Shown in pieces: positions 9,145 through 17,886 of a DNA stretch of 64,000 nucleotides. The notes below the pieces were generated by a model that did no database searches, was not told the origin of the DNA, and saw only the letters and a program-made list of their open reading frames with translations. Numbering within the stretch: the first letter of the stretch is position 1; every line of letters begins with the position of its first letter. Location: NCBI GenBank assembly GCA_046758445.1, contig JBHIAE010000011.1, positions 1 through 64,000 on the forward strand, read 5' to 3'. The position numbers were made by a program, and so were the translations under genes. The DNA comes from Candidatus Thorarchaeota archaeon. GTDB taxonomy: Archaea; Asgardarchaeota; Thorarchaeia; Thorarchaeales; Thorarchaeaceae.

Positions 9145-10437
9145 ATCACCAAGTCGGTGACACTAGGAATTGAAGACGGCGGAGATCTCAGGGGATATGC
9201 CGTCGTAAATCCGAAGACAGCGAAGATTCTGAACGCAGAACTTGGGTCTATTGTCGTATTCGAAGATCCGCAGTCATCTTTCTGGGGAGCCGCACAGGTT
9301 CGCATCAACAAGGAGGTTCCGCCTGACAAGATATCTGTGGACACACTTGTTCTGGAAGCATCGCTGTTGATGGACGGAGATACAGGAATTGATGTAACTC
9401 TGTACGATGAAGACATGACAGCTCTTGAGTATGTTGAGTTCGGTCTCAAGCCCCTTTCCGAGGATGCGAACACTGATGATTTGGTGACTCGAGCAGCCGA
9501 ACAGGTGAAATCTCTGGAGAAGCTAATTGGAGGACGGCTTGTATATCCTGGTATGTCATTTAACTGGCCCGAACTTGCCGCAAAGGTCGAGATAATGACC
9601 ACTCGACCGTCACTCTCTGGAAAGATGTTTGCCAAGCTTGCATTTGAAGCATTGAGAGAGAAGACAGGCTACCAGTTCAAGACAATTGGCATAGCGACTC
9701 CTTTCAACGCTGTTCTCTGTGTTGATACGAGTGGTTCCATGAAGACGACAGATGTTCCTGTGCAAGACATCGCTCATGCTAGAGAAGGGCTCAAAGACCT
9801 GGCGGGTGACAATCCTGAGGTGCAGGCCTTCCTCGACAGGTTCAAGGAAGGAAAGAACGTAAGTCGGGCTGAAGCCGCCGCGATGGCTGTACTACTATAC
9901 TTAGCTGAGAAAGTCGGAAGAGGTTATGGGGAGAAAGTTGGAGTGATCACCTTCGAGAAGGAGGTGACGGAAATGACTTTCCTCAACTCTGAAACAGGCG
10001 AGGTCCAGCCTTTCGTTGAGTGTACTGGAAGGGAGAAAGCACTAGGCCTGCAGATCATCAGTACGCACGTGGTCGACAAGGTTGAGGAAGGCGGGACTCT
10101 AACTGACATGGGAACCGCATTGACAAAAGCGCACGAGATCATAGAGGCATTTGGGGACCCAGGCAAACCTACAATGCTCATAATGCTGACAGACGGCATG
10201 ACAACATCAGGTCCTCCTCCATTGAAGATTCTAAAAGAACGCTTCACCGATGGAGGAAGGCTTGTCATCTACAGCATAGGACTTGGAGAGCGCAGCGAAA
10301 TTGATGAAGAATTGATGCTTGCTATGGCACAGTATGGCAATGGCACCTATCGGCATGTAGACAATATGCGTGATCTGTTAGAATGGTACGGTAAGCTGGC
10401 AAGTGAGTTCGCCATTGTTATTCGAGGCGCTAGCTGA
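9145..10437 (+). CDS. CDC48/VAT N-domain-like + vWA protein (intact MIDAS)
   Basis: RGYAVVNPKTAKILNAELGSIVVF...DKISVD (double-psi barrel) and LIGGRLVYPG..VEIMTTRP (CDC48_2). vWA motifs VLCVDTSGSM, GTLTDMGTAL, IMLTDG. SD GGAGGT at 9132 points to ATC 9145; GTG 9157 is the alternative. Confidence 0.85.
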   Translation: MTKSVTLGIEDGGDLRGYAVVNPKTAKILNAELGSIVVFEDPQSSFWGAAQVRINKEVPPDKISVDTLVLEASLLMDGDTGIDVTLYDEDMTALEYVEFGLKPLSEDANTDDLVTRAAEQVKSLEKLIGGRLVYPGMSFNWPELAAKVEIMTTRPSLSGKMFAKLAFEALREKTGYQFKTIGIATPFNAVLCVDTSGSMKTTDVPVQDIAHAREGLKDLAGDNPEVQAFLDRFKEGKNVSRAEAAAMAVLLYLAEKVGRGYGEKVGVITFEKEVTEMTFLNSETGEVQPFVECTGREKALGLQIISTHVVDKVEEGGTLTDMGTALTKAHEIIEAFGDPGKPTMLIMLTDGMTTSGPPPLKILKERFTDGGRLVIYSIGLGERSEIDEELMLAMAQYGNGTYRHVDNMRDLLEWYGKLASEFAIVIRGAS

Positions 10438-10445
10438 ACCTGCTA

Positions 10446-11660
10446 CTAATCCGGTTCTAGGGCCTGAAGGAGAGCCTTCAAGGTTTCCAGATCCATCTCC
10501 TGAATCTGTTCCTCTGGTATACCCACCAACATGTCTTCAGTAACTGTCATGAGAACCTGAGCCTTCTCTTCTCCATACTTCTCTGTAAACTCGCCCAAGC
10601 GTTTCTCCTCTTCACTAACAACGACCTCGGCCGCCTTCGCAGCACGCTTTCGCTTGGGCTTCTTGGCCTCTTTTACTGTTGGAGCGGCCTCCATTGTCGA
10701 GGCAATAAGTGCCTCCAACTCTTCGTATGTTAATCCCTTGAGGACATCGTCTGATACGGACTCTCGTACCTCATCGGGTATCTTCTCAATGAGTTCTTGT
10801 CTTGTCGGTGCTCCCTTCTTTCTTCGAACCTTCTTGACCTTCCTGACTTTCACGGCCTTTTTCTTGGGTTTACGCTTTGGCTTCGCAACCTCGGCCGGTA
10901 CTTTCAAGGACCGGACTAGTTCTCTAGCAGTTTCAGGAGTGAGTCTTCTCACGTCTTCTGACGGAAGGGTTTCCCTTAGATCTTCAGGTAACTCACTCAG
11001 GATCTCTTCAACCTCGGCCGATAGCCTTGGGGTCTTTCTAGGAGCTTCCTCTGCTACTGGCGGAGTTGTGACCCTTGCCTCAGCGCCTGCAAGCACAATC
11101 GGAGCTTCTTCAAGCTCGCGTACAAATTCGGTCACGTCTATTTCAATATCAAAGCTCTGTGACCGCCAATTTAGATATCTATCAATCCCATCAGAACTCA
11201 AGTTGATGTGAGCCAAACGATTCCGGATGTTTCTCTCATCGGAATCTGGAAAATTCGCTGCAAGGTCTTCGATGTCCTCTGTCGTGAGTCGCGCCCAAAT
11301 TGGTCCCCTAAGAAGCTTTGAGAGCCCTGCGGCACAATGGGACCTGACCCAGGTATTTGAGTCCTTGAGTCCCTTGAAAAGATCGGGAACAGTTCTTGGT
11401 TGATGGTAGAAGGCAAGTGCCTGTGCACACGCGATTCTGACTGCCTCTTCTTCGTCATTCAAAGCCTTCGCCAGGTCAACCACAATGGAGGGGTCTCCAA
11501 GGTCAATCGATGCAAGAAGTGCTCTTTCTCTCACTACATCCGAGGCATCTGAGAATGCAGAAACAAGTGCCTTTCTAACCTTCTTGTTCTTCTGTGCACG
11601 AATTCCGACCTTCTCGGTTTCGAACTCGAGTAGCAGACGCCTGGTATCGGACAAGGGCAC
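10446..11660 (-). CDS. HEAT-repeat protein with Lys-rich linkers and three repeated C-terminal helical modules
   Basis: PBS/HEAT repeats (DASDVVRERAL, NDEEEAVRIACAQAL, KDSNTWVRSHCAAGL) followed by three ~30 aa repeats. Confidence 0.85.
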   Translation of the reverse strand: MPLSDTRRLLLEFETEKVGIRAQKNKKVRKALVSAFSDASDVVRERALLASIDLGDPSIVVDLAKALNDEEEAVRIACAQALAFYHQPRTVPDLFKGLKDSNTWVRSHCAAGLSKLLRGPIWARLTTEDIEDLAANFPDSDERNIRNRLAHINLSSDGIDRYLNWRSQSFDIEIDVTEFVRELEEAPIVLAGAEARVTTPPVAEEAPRKTPRLSAEVEEILSELPEDLRETLPSEDVRRLTPETARELVRSLKVPAEVAKPKRKPKKKAVKVRKVKKVRRKKGAPTRQELIEKIPDEVRESVSDDVLKGLTYEELEALIASTMEAAPTVKEAKKPKRKRAAKAAEVVVSEEEKRLGEFTEKYGEEKAQVLMTVTEDMLVGIPEEQIQEMDLETLKALLQALEPD

Positions 11661-11866
11661 TCCTCCGTGACGCGAGGGTCACACGCGACTTAGGTTGGTG
11701 TATATTGGCCGAATCTAGTATCCGGTCTTTAGCTTGTTGTTCGCATTACAACGTGCAGTTATTAAACTGTTCGTGATATGTATACCTTTTTCGTACCCGA
11801 ATCCTCTGTTGTAGGTTGACCGGATGAGATTTAGGCTCGAAATGTTGTCGCCTGCAGTGAGTAGCA

Positions 11867-12685
11867 ATGGGTCAGGAAGATGGTTCAGATACACTGCGAG
11901 TCATCGGTTTCGCTCTGGTTCTGTTTCTTATCATTCTCATGAATGAAGTGACATCATATCTGACGGTTTCGATGGATGCTACCACCAGGGGACTGATTGG
12001 GACGGGAGTATTCTTTGGGAATTTCCTGCTGATGTATCTGGCCCTGGTTGTCTTCTTGAGAAGGGAGAACGGCGGCGACGTTACTGGACTGGGCATTCAG
12101 TTCGATCAGAAGACCATCACACACCTTGTGGTGGGAACAATAGCGGGATGTGTCGGTGCCATCGCTGTCTATTCCATTGCGTTGTTTCTTGGCGGAGACC
12201 TTCGTCAGGTTGCAGAGATTAACGCCGAACTCATTGCCACTGAAGTTCTCATAACTGTCCCAGTTGCCCTCTTTGAAGAGCTGAGCTATCGAGGATACCT
12301 GATGACTCGAATGGAGCGGGTGACAGGGCGTAACGTCGCTATCATTGGTAGTTCAATATGGTTCTCTCTTTTACACTTTGGCTGGTGGATCCCTCTTGGA
12401 TCAGTTCCTCTCCATCTCGTGTTGATATTCACCTTCAACTTGTTTCTCGGTGGAGTTGTCTTGAGTTTCGGCTATTACTGGTCTGGGAACCGTTTGTGGG
12501 TGCCCATAGCATTCCATTTCGCATGGAACATGCTCGCATACGTCCTGTTTCCGGTCTTCCCGAGCGAACCTGTTCTAATGCCTGAAGTGTTCCAGATTGA
12601 ATGGGGAATCACGACCATACTTGGATTCATACTCGGACTCTCATTGATATGGCTCCTTCTTCAGGAGTTACAAAAGAAGAAATGA
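11867..12685 (+). CDS. CPBP family intramembrane glutamic endopeptidase (CAAX protease/Abi)
   Basis: EELSYRGY, FSLLH and HFAWN motifs; multiple TM helices. Confidence 0.92.
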   Translation: MGQEDGSDTLRVIGFALVLFLIILMNEVTSYLTVSMDATTRGLIGTGVFFGNFLLMYLALVVFLRRENGGDVTGLGIQFDQKTITHLVVGTIAGCVGAIAVYSIALFLGGDLRQVAEINAELIATEVLITVPVALFEELSYRGYLMTRMERVTGRNVAIIGSSIWFSLLHFGWWIPLGSVPLHLVLIFTFNLFLGGVVLSFGYYWSGNRLWVPIAFHFAWNMLAYVLFPVFPSEPVLMPEVFQIEWGITTILGFILGLSLIWLLLQELQKKK

Positions 12686-12710
12686 AGGGCCGGGGATTTC
12701 CGGCACCTTC
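12684..12710. terminator. Hairpin between convergent genes
   Basis: GAAGG-GCCGG...CCGGC-A-CCTTC inverted repeat between the CPBP and NfeD stop codons. Confidence 0.45.
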
Positions 12711-12718
12711 GAAACACT

Positions 12719-13420
12719 CTATTGCTGATGCACTTGACCGCTGGTCTCACGATCTACTATCATGGTAAGTCCTGATACTGCGATGACAGCTACTCTCTCG
12801 CCCTCACGTATGGGTGGACCACGCGTCTTTGCCCACCATATCTCGGCACCTACCTTCACTTTTCCTGTCGGATTAATGTCGGACAAGGCGATGACCTCAT
12901 GCCCTGTTCCATATGCAGAATATTGGGGCCATTCATCATATCCTCGAAGGAAGACCGCATATAGTGCCATCAAGCCCATCACGGTACCAACCATGATGTA
13001 TACCGTCGTGGTTCTGGACGGGTCGACCCATATCGATATGAGTATTGCAGCGCCGTAGAATGGGAATAGTTTGAGGGACACCTTGGCGTCAATGAAGCCA
13101 CCGTCAACGAAGCTGCCTCCACCCGTGAAAATCGCGAGCATGAGGAAAAGCACGCCAGCTATGACGATGAGCTCAATAGCACCGAATTCGGTGCCGGGTC
13201 TCAAGAATACCTGCATGGCGAACAGAATTAGGACTATAGGCACAACGACCTGAGCCATTGCCTTTCCGCTTGCTGGCTCCACTGCGACGACCATGAGAGT
13301 TAGTACAATAGCTATGAGAATCAAACCAACAAATGGGTCGAAGAAGACATAGCCCACGAGGACACTCATCACTGACATCAGCATCAGTACAACAAAGATC
13401 TTTATCCAAGCATCCATCAC
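12719..13420 (-). CDS. NfeD-like membrane protein (C-terminal OB domain)
   Basis: TM helices, then INPTGKVKVGAEIWWAKT..PIREGERVAVIAVSGLTMIV. Lies downstream of the stomatin gene. Confidence 0.88.
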   Translation of the reverse strand: MMDAWIKIFVVLMLMSVMSVLVGYVFFDPFVGLILIAIVLTLMVVAVEPASGKAMAQVVVPIVLILFAMQVFLRPGTEFGAIELIVIAGVLFLMLAIFTGGGSFVDGGFIDAKVSLKLFPFYGAAILISIWVDPSRTTTVYIMVGTVMGLMALYAVFLRGYDEWPQYSAYGTGHEVIALSDINPTGKVKVGAEIWWAKTRGPPIREGERVAVIAVSGLTMIVDRETSGQVHQQ

Positions 13421-13447
13421 ATCGGCCTCCCCTAGGTCATCCAGAAA

Positions 13448-14281
13448 CTACTCCGGTTTTCCTTTGTCCTTAGGCATCTTCATGCCACCAGTTCCTGCGG
13501 AGAGTGCTGCAGCGGTGCCCGCTACCATGCCGACTTCTGGGATGTTCGTCGGAACCATGATGATCAAGTTAGCGTTCTTCGATATCTCCTGCATTATGTT
13601 CCAAGTTCGCAATACGAAGCCTACGGATGACTCTTCGTACATCCTTGCAGCCTTCAACATGTTCTCAGAAGCCTCAAGCTCAGCTGTTGCCAGAGTGATT
13701 CTTGCTCTACGTTCTCTCTCAGCCTGTGCCTCTCGGCTCATGGCATCTTGTAGGGCCGCAGGAATCACAACATCACGAATCTCAACACTGGTTACTTTCA
13801 CACCCCAGTGTTCGGTCTTCTCGTCTATCAGCTCCTGCAGGTGAGCAGCGATACTGTCTCTCTCAGAAAGCACCTCATCAAGCGTGACCTTGCCGATTGT
13901 TTCACGGAGTGTCGTCTGAGCTGCAAGCTCTACTGCTACTGCATACCGCTCAACGGCAAGTATCGCCTTCTCAGGGTCGATTACCCGGAAGTACATGACA
14001 GCATCTACTACCACAGGCACGTTGTCTTTTGTAAGAGACCTCTCAGTCTTGAAGGCGTAGGTCAGCAGCCTCAGTGAAACCTTCATTGCGATCTTGTCAA
14101 GTATGGGGGTGACCCAGGTAATCCCCGGACCCTTAACACCTCTAAACTTGCCAAGTCGAAGAATGGCAATGCGCTCCCACTCCTTGAGGACCTTTATGCC
14201 GCTGGCAACAAACATCAAGACAAAGAGAAAGAGGAACCCTATCAGGGTCACCCAAGCCCAATATGGATCGATAAATTGCAA
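13448..14281 (-). CDS. SPFH/stomatin (slipin) family protein
   Basis: EWERIAILRLGK, LTKDNVPVVVDAV, AQTTLRETIG, WGVKVTSVEIRDV, EAQAERERRA. Confidence 0.95.
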   Translation of the reverse strand: MQFIDPYWAWVTLIGFLFLFVLMFVASGIKVLKEWERIAILRLGKFRGVKGPGITWVTPILDKIAMKVSLRLLTYAFKTERSLTKDNVPVVVDAVMYFRVIDPEKAILAVERYAVAVELAAQTTLRETIGKVTLDEVLSERDSIAAHLQELIDEKTEHWGVKVTSVEIRDVVIPAALQDAMSREAQAERERRARITLATAELEASENMLKAARMYEESSVGFVLRTWNIMQEISKNANLIIMVPTNIPEVGMVAGTAAALSAGTGGMKMPKDKGKPE

Positions 14282-14445
14282 CCTTCTGTTTCTCCTATCC
14301 TTGTCACATTTTCAAGTCTTGGCTGAAACGGCAGCGAAACTCCCGTTCCTGTTCTAGTTTCACGGGAACGCATATGAAGCTTCGTCTCGGAGCGAGCCAC
14401 TTCTGCCCACTCTGATTGAGGGGAGAAGTGACTTCCAGAAACTGC

Positions 14446-15249
14446 TTACTCCTTCTCGATCTCTTCAGGAGTAAGTTCTCGAGCTTCGACAGATTCCCAA
14501 GGAGTTATGGGCAGCTCGAGATTTGTCTGGCGGATTGCTTCTCCAACTGCAATCACAACTACGGCCAGAATAATCGAGGCCACGAGTCTCTCAACGGGAT
14601 AGACGAAGGTGATTGCCAGCCATATGTCGACAAGGCCCACCGGATCCCAGCCTAGAACGTACACGAAGTGATAAACGCTGACCGCATTACCCACGACATG
14701 ATCTGTGAGAAGCGCGATAAAGCTGAACAGCCATATGCCGAAGGACATCAATGCGATGTTTCTACCTTCCTCAAATGAAGTGGCGTCTTTGAGGATATCA
14801 GTCACTCTTGGAATGAGCAGCAAGATAATGATAACCAAGGTCACAAGATGGAGCCAGATAAACATGAATGCAGGAATTCCTATCGGGCTGGCAATGAATG
14901 CCAGAACTGCAACAAGAAACAGTACGAAGAGAAGACGTGGCTTTCCAGTTCTTAGGGCTCCTGCAGCGAAAGCTCCAGCTGTGGGTGCCAACGTCGGCAC
15001 TAGTGGTCCAAGGATTCCTCCTGGGTTGAAGACATTGACTCCAAGGAATGAACCTATGAACACAGAGATTGGCCCATAGAAGGGACCGAGAAGGAATCCC
15101 ACAATAGGTGCGGATACCATGCCCCAAGTGAGAAATCCCCCTCCCATTCCCAACACGGAATAGGGGATCATCGAGAGAACCAGATGGAACGCTGCAAAGA
15201 TGCCCACGAGAGCCCACGGATACGCTTTCGATTTGGTGAAACTTGGCAT
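14446..15249 (-). CDS. Integral membrane protein, ECF S-component-like
   Basis: Multi-TM protein with N-terminal GIFAAFHLVLSMIP and APIVGFLLGPFYGPISVFIGSFLG typical of S components. SD AGGAGG upstream. Confidence 0.65.
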   Translation of the reverse strand: MPSFTKSKAYPWALVGIFAAFHLVLSMIPYSVLGMGGGFLTWGMVSAPIVGFLLGPFYGPISVFIGSFLGVNVFNPGGILGPLVPTLAPTAGAFAAGALRTGKPRLLFVLFLVAVLAFIASPIGIPAFMFIWLHLVTLVIIILLLIPRVTDILKDATSFEEGRNIALMSFGIWLFSFIALLTDHVVGNAVSVYHFVYVLGWDPVGLVDIWLAITFVYPVERLVASIILAVVVIAVGEAIRQTNLELPITPWESVEARELTPEEIEKE

Positions 15250-15270
15250 GACAGGTCTCCTCCTATGAAG

Positions 15271-15310
15271 TGTAGTTTAGTAAACTACATAGGCAGTTGT
15301 GTACACTACA
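15271..15310. promoter_or_regulatory. Tandem palindromic operator
   Basis: Perfect TGTAGTTTA-G-TAAACTACA (15271-15289) plus a 14/19 copy GGCAGTTGTGTACACTACA (15292-15310), 21 bp period, between divergent genes. Confidence 0.7.
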
Positions 15311-15354
15311 CCGACGTACCAAACCGCTATTTGAATATGTTGGAGACCCCCCCG

Positions 15355-16686
15355 ATGGATAAACGAGAGCATCTATGGCCGTACGTCCTATTCCTGCCCG
15401 AGAGCTCTGAGCGAAGGCTCGACTTCATCAGAACCGTTCTGGCATCGAAGATCGCTCCCAGCGTTCTTTCTAGTTTCGACCAAGGAGGCAAGGTTCTTCA
15501 GCGCGACCTTGTCAAGCAACTCCCTCACTCCAATAAGAGTATTCTCGCCTACTTGAGAACTCTCAAGGAATTCGCTCTTGTGAAGACGGGATCAGAAGTG
15601 GAGGGAGGGAAGCGTGTTGTCTACCATGAATTGTCGAGGAGTGGCTGGAGCCTCGCTCGCTTCTTCTCTGAAGGTCTGCCGTCAGACCTCGGGGAACTTA
15701 CCGAGTATCTACTGGAAGACTACCTCACCAATCTTGTGTCCTTGTATCGAGATCTGGGACTAGACGAATCCTTGATTTTCGAAGTCTTCACACGCGCCCG
15801 AGCGAAGGAGATACTCCAAGGCTCGACCTCATACGACCGGCCTGAGTTTGTCCTTTTTGGCGCTTCAGCCTTCTTTACTGAGGTTGAATGTAGAAAGCTA
15901 CCTCCACCAGGCGGTGAGGTGGGATGCAAGGTTCCTGAACGATACTCTGGTGGACCAACAATCAGACTTGCCCTTGCACTTGCGGATCAGAAACACAAGG
16001 TTGCTTTCGTGTCTGCTGTGGGGAATGATCAAGACGGATGGAACGTAATCACTTCTCTCGTGAGTCAGAAAGTCGACGTATCACACTTCGTGGTCGAGGA
16101 TGACAAGCAGACCAACAAGACGATCTTGATTGGAGACGAGAAGGGAAAACGGACTCTCGTGGGAATTGGTGATCTCTCTGCATTATCGATTACTTCTCCC
16201 TCTCAAGTCCCATGGGAAACGCTGGCAGAGGCAAGAGTAGTATACCTTGGAGAAGTCTTCGTCGAGGTTGCAGTTTCAATTGCTGCGTATGCCAGAGCGC
16301 GCAATATCCCCATAGTCTACAGGTGTTCACCTCACTACTGGCGAAGGGGTATTGATGAGCTAGAGCCTATTCTGAAACAAGTCGACATCCTAGTTGCTTC
16401 AAGTAGAGAGTGGAAGGAGGCGAAGGGTGTGCTCGGTCCCAAACCTCTCTCCAAGTTAGCAGAGTCAACCAACGCAGCCATTGTGTTGAAGCACTCCCAG
16501 GATGCCTACAAAATCTATAAGAATGCCAACTCTAGACCAACTGAACTTGTTTCTGAATCCTATACTGATGATATCACTGGATGGTTGATGGCTGGCATCG
16601 TGCAGGCTATTGGACATCGGGAAGACACAGTGAAGGCAGTAGATAGAGGAATAGTGCTAGAGAATTCTATGCTCGCCGGTGGCTAG
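15355..16686 (+). CDS. wHTH + PfkB/ribokinase-like domain protein (probable transcription regulator)
   Basis: HTH: LQRDLVKQLPHSNKSILAYLRTLKEFALVK. PfkB N-signature YSGGPTIRLALALA..AVGNDQDG. The C-terminal DTxGAGD motif is missing. ATG 15355 follows GGAG; the track start 15184 overlaps the divergent gene. Confidence 0.8.
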   Translation: MDKREHLWPYVLFLPESSERRLDFIRTVLASKIAPSVLSSFDQGGKVLQRDLVKQLPHSNKSILAYLRTLKEFALVKTGSEVEGGKRVVYHELSRSGWSLARFFSEGLPSDLGELTEYLLEDYLTNLVSLYRDLGLDESLIFEVFTRARAKEILQGSTSYDRPEFVLFGASAFFTEVECRKLPPPGGEVGCKVPERYSGGPTIRLALALADQKHKVAFVSAVGNDQDGWNVITSLVSQKVDVSHFVVEDDKQTNKTILIGDEKGKRTLVGIGDLSALSITSPSQVPWETLAEARVVYLGEVFVEVAVSIAAYARARNIPIVYRCSPHYWRRGIDELEPILKQVDILVASSREWKEAKGVLGPKPLSKLAESTNAAIVLKHSQDAYKIYKNANSRPTELVSESYTDDITGWLMAGIVQAIGHREDTVKAVDRGIVLENSMLAGG

Positions 16687-17591
16687 CTGCTAGAAGAGGC
16701 GAGCACCCAGAAGAAGAGGCCTCCCAGGATCCATACGAATAGTCCCGCTCCGAGGACAATGCCAAGTGTCGCTCCCATTGAAGACGACCCGAGGTTGACG
16801 TGAACATTCGTGAAACTCTTGAAACCTCCTACGTACTTGGTTTCATAGCTGCAGTGGAACTCCTTGTCCGTGATACAACCACATATCTCACAGACAAATC
16901 TGTTCTGAAAGACGGCGCCAAATAGGCTATCCAGATTGGATCCGATAAATGCTGTAAGAACAGCCAGTGGCACAATAAAGATGAGTTGAGCCATGTTTGA
17001 AACCGGCACCGAGCCCGGAGCCAAAAGGGCAAAAGTGAGCGCTATTACTCCTATCCCCAAACCGGCGGCTGCAGCAGCAGCTTCTCCGAGAAGAGATACC
17101 GCACCTATTGTACCGCGAGGAACCTTCCTCCTCAGATTTGTAATCAACCTGGGCTTAGACTTGCTGAACACCCCTATTTCAGATGCTAATGTGTCGGCCG
17201 TGGTTGTTGCTACAGCTCCGATGAAGCCTCCGAACATCCAGAAGGGATCGATACCGAAACTGGGTGAAACATACATGCCGATGGAGAATATCATCGGGAT
17301 TACGCCACTGGCAATGACATTCTTGAACGCTCTCTTACCTTTGCCTTCTTGAGCTAGTCCTTGTTCAGCCTTCGCCCTATACTTGAACTTCGTTGCTGCT
17401 CCTGATGAAAGGAAGAAGAACAGAACAATCGCAAAGGCTGGAGGGCCTCCAGTATACCAAATAGTGAAGCCTACTACGAATGCGCTGACCATGCCCGATA
17501 TGTCAAGGAACCCAGCCTTGTAGGCAATTACACCTATGACTGTCATCACAAGTAGTCCAGAAACTACGGGGTGGGTCAACAGTTCTAGCAT
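16683..17591 (-). CDS. DUF92/TMEM19 family membrane protein
   Basis: ATTTADTLASEIG, PRLITNLRRKVPRGTIGAVSLLG, DSLFGAVFQ, FTNVHVN. Confidence 0.92.
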   Translation of the reverse strand: MLELLTHPVVSGLLVMTVIGVIAYKAGFLDISGMVSAFVVGFTIWYTGGPPAFAIVLFFFLSSGAATKFKYRAKAEQGLAQEGKGKRAFKNVIASGVIPMIFSIGMYVSPSFGIDPFWMFGGFIGAVATTTADTLASEIGVFSKSKPRLITNLRRKVPRGTIGAVSLLGEAAAAAAGLGIGVIALTFALLAPGSVPVSNMAQLIFIVPLAVLTAFIGSNLDSLFGAVFQNRFVCEICGCITDKEFHCSYETKYVGGFKSFTNVHVNLGSSSMGATLGIVLGAGLFVWILGGLFFWVLASSSS

Positions 17592-17886
17592 TCAGCTCAC
17601 ATCCGTGTTTCTTCATTCCCAATCCAGAGGTTGACTCCACTCTTCCCGATCGCGCCACCTATTCTCTGAACATATAGCAGATGACGCTTAGGAACTCCAA
17701 TTTGCTCCAGTGCGGCCTTCCTGTCCCTATTATACCTTTGGAAACTGCTCAGTCAATTGTCGAACTGAACTTCGCCTCCTTCCTATAAACCTTCTACAAC
17801 CTTAGAACAGTTAGACGTTGGCATGAAGTAAGAATTGCGCATTCTCCTATTGGCTCTGATTCATCCTTGACATCAAAGACGCTCTA

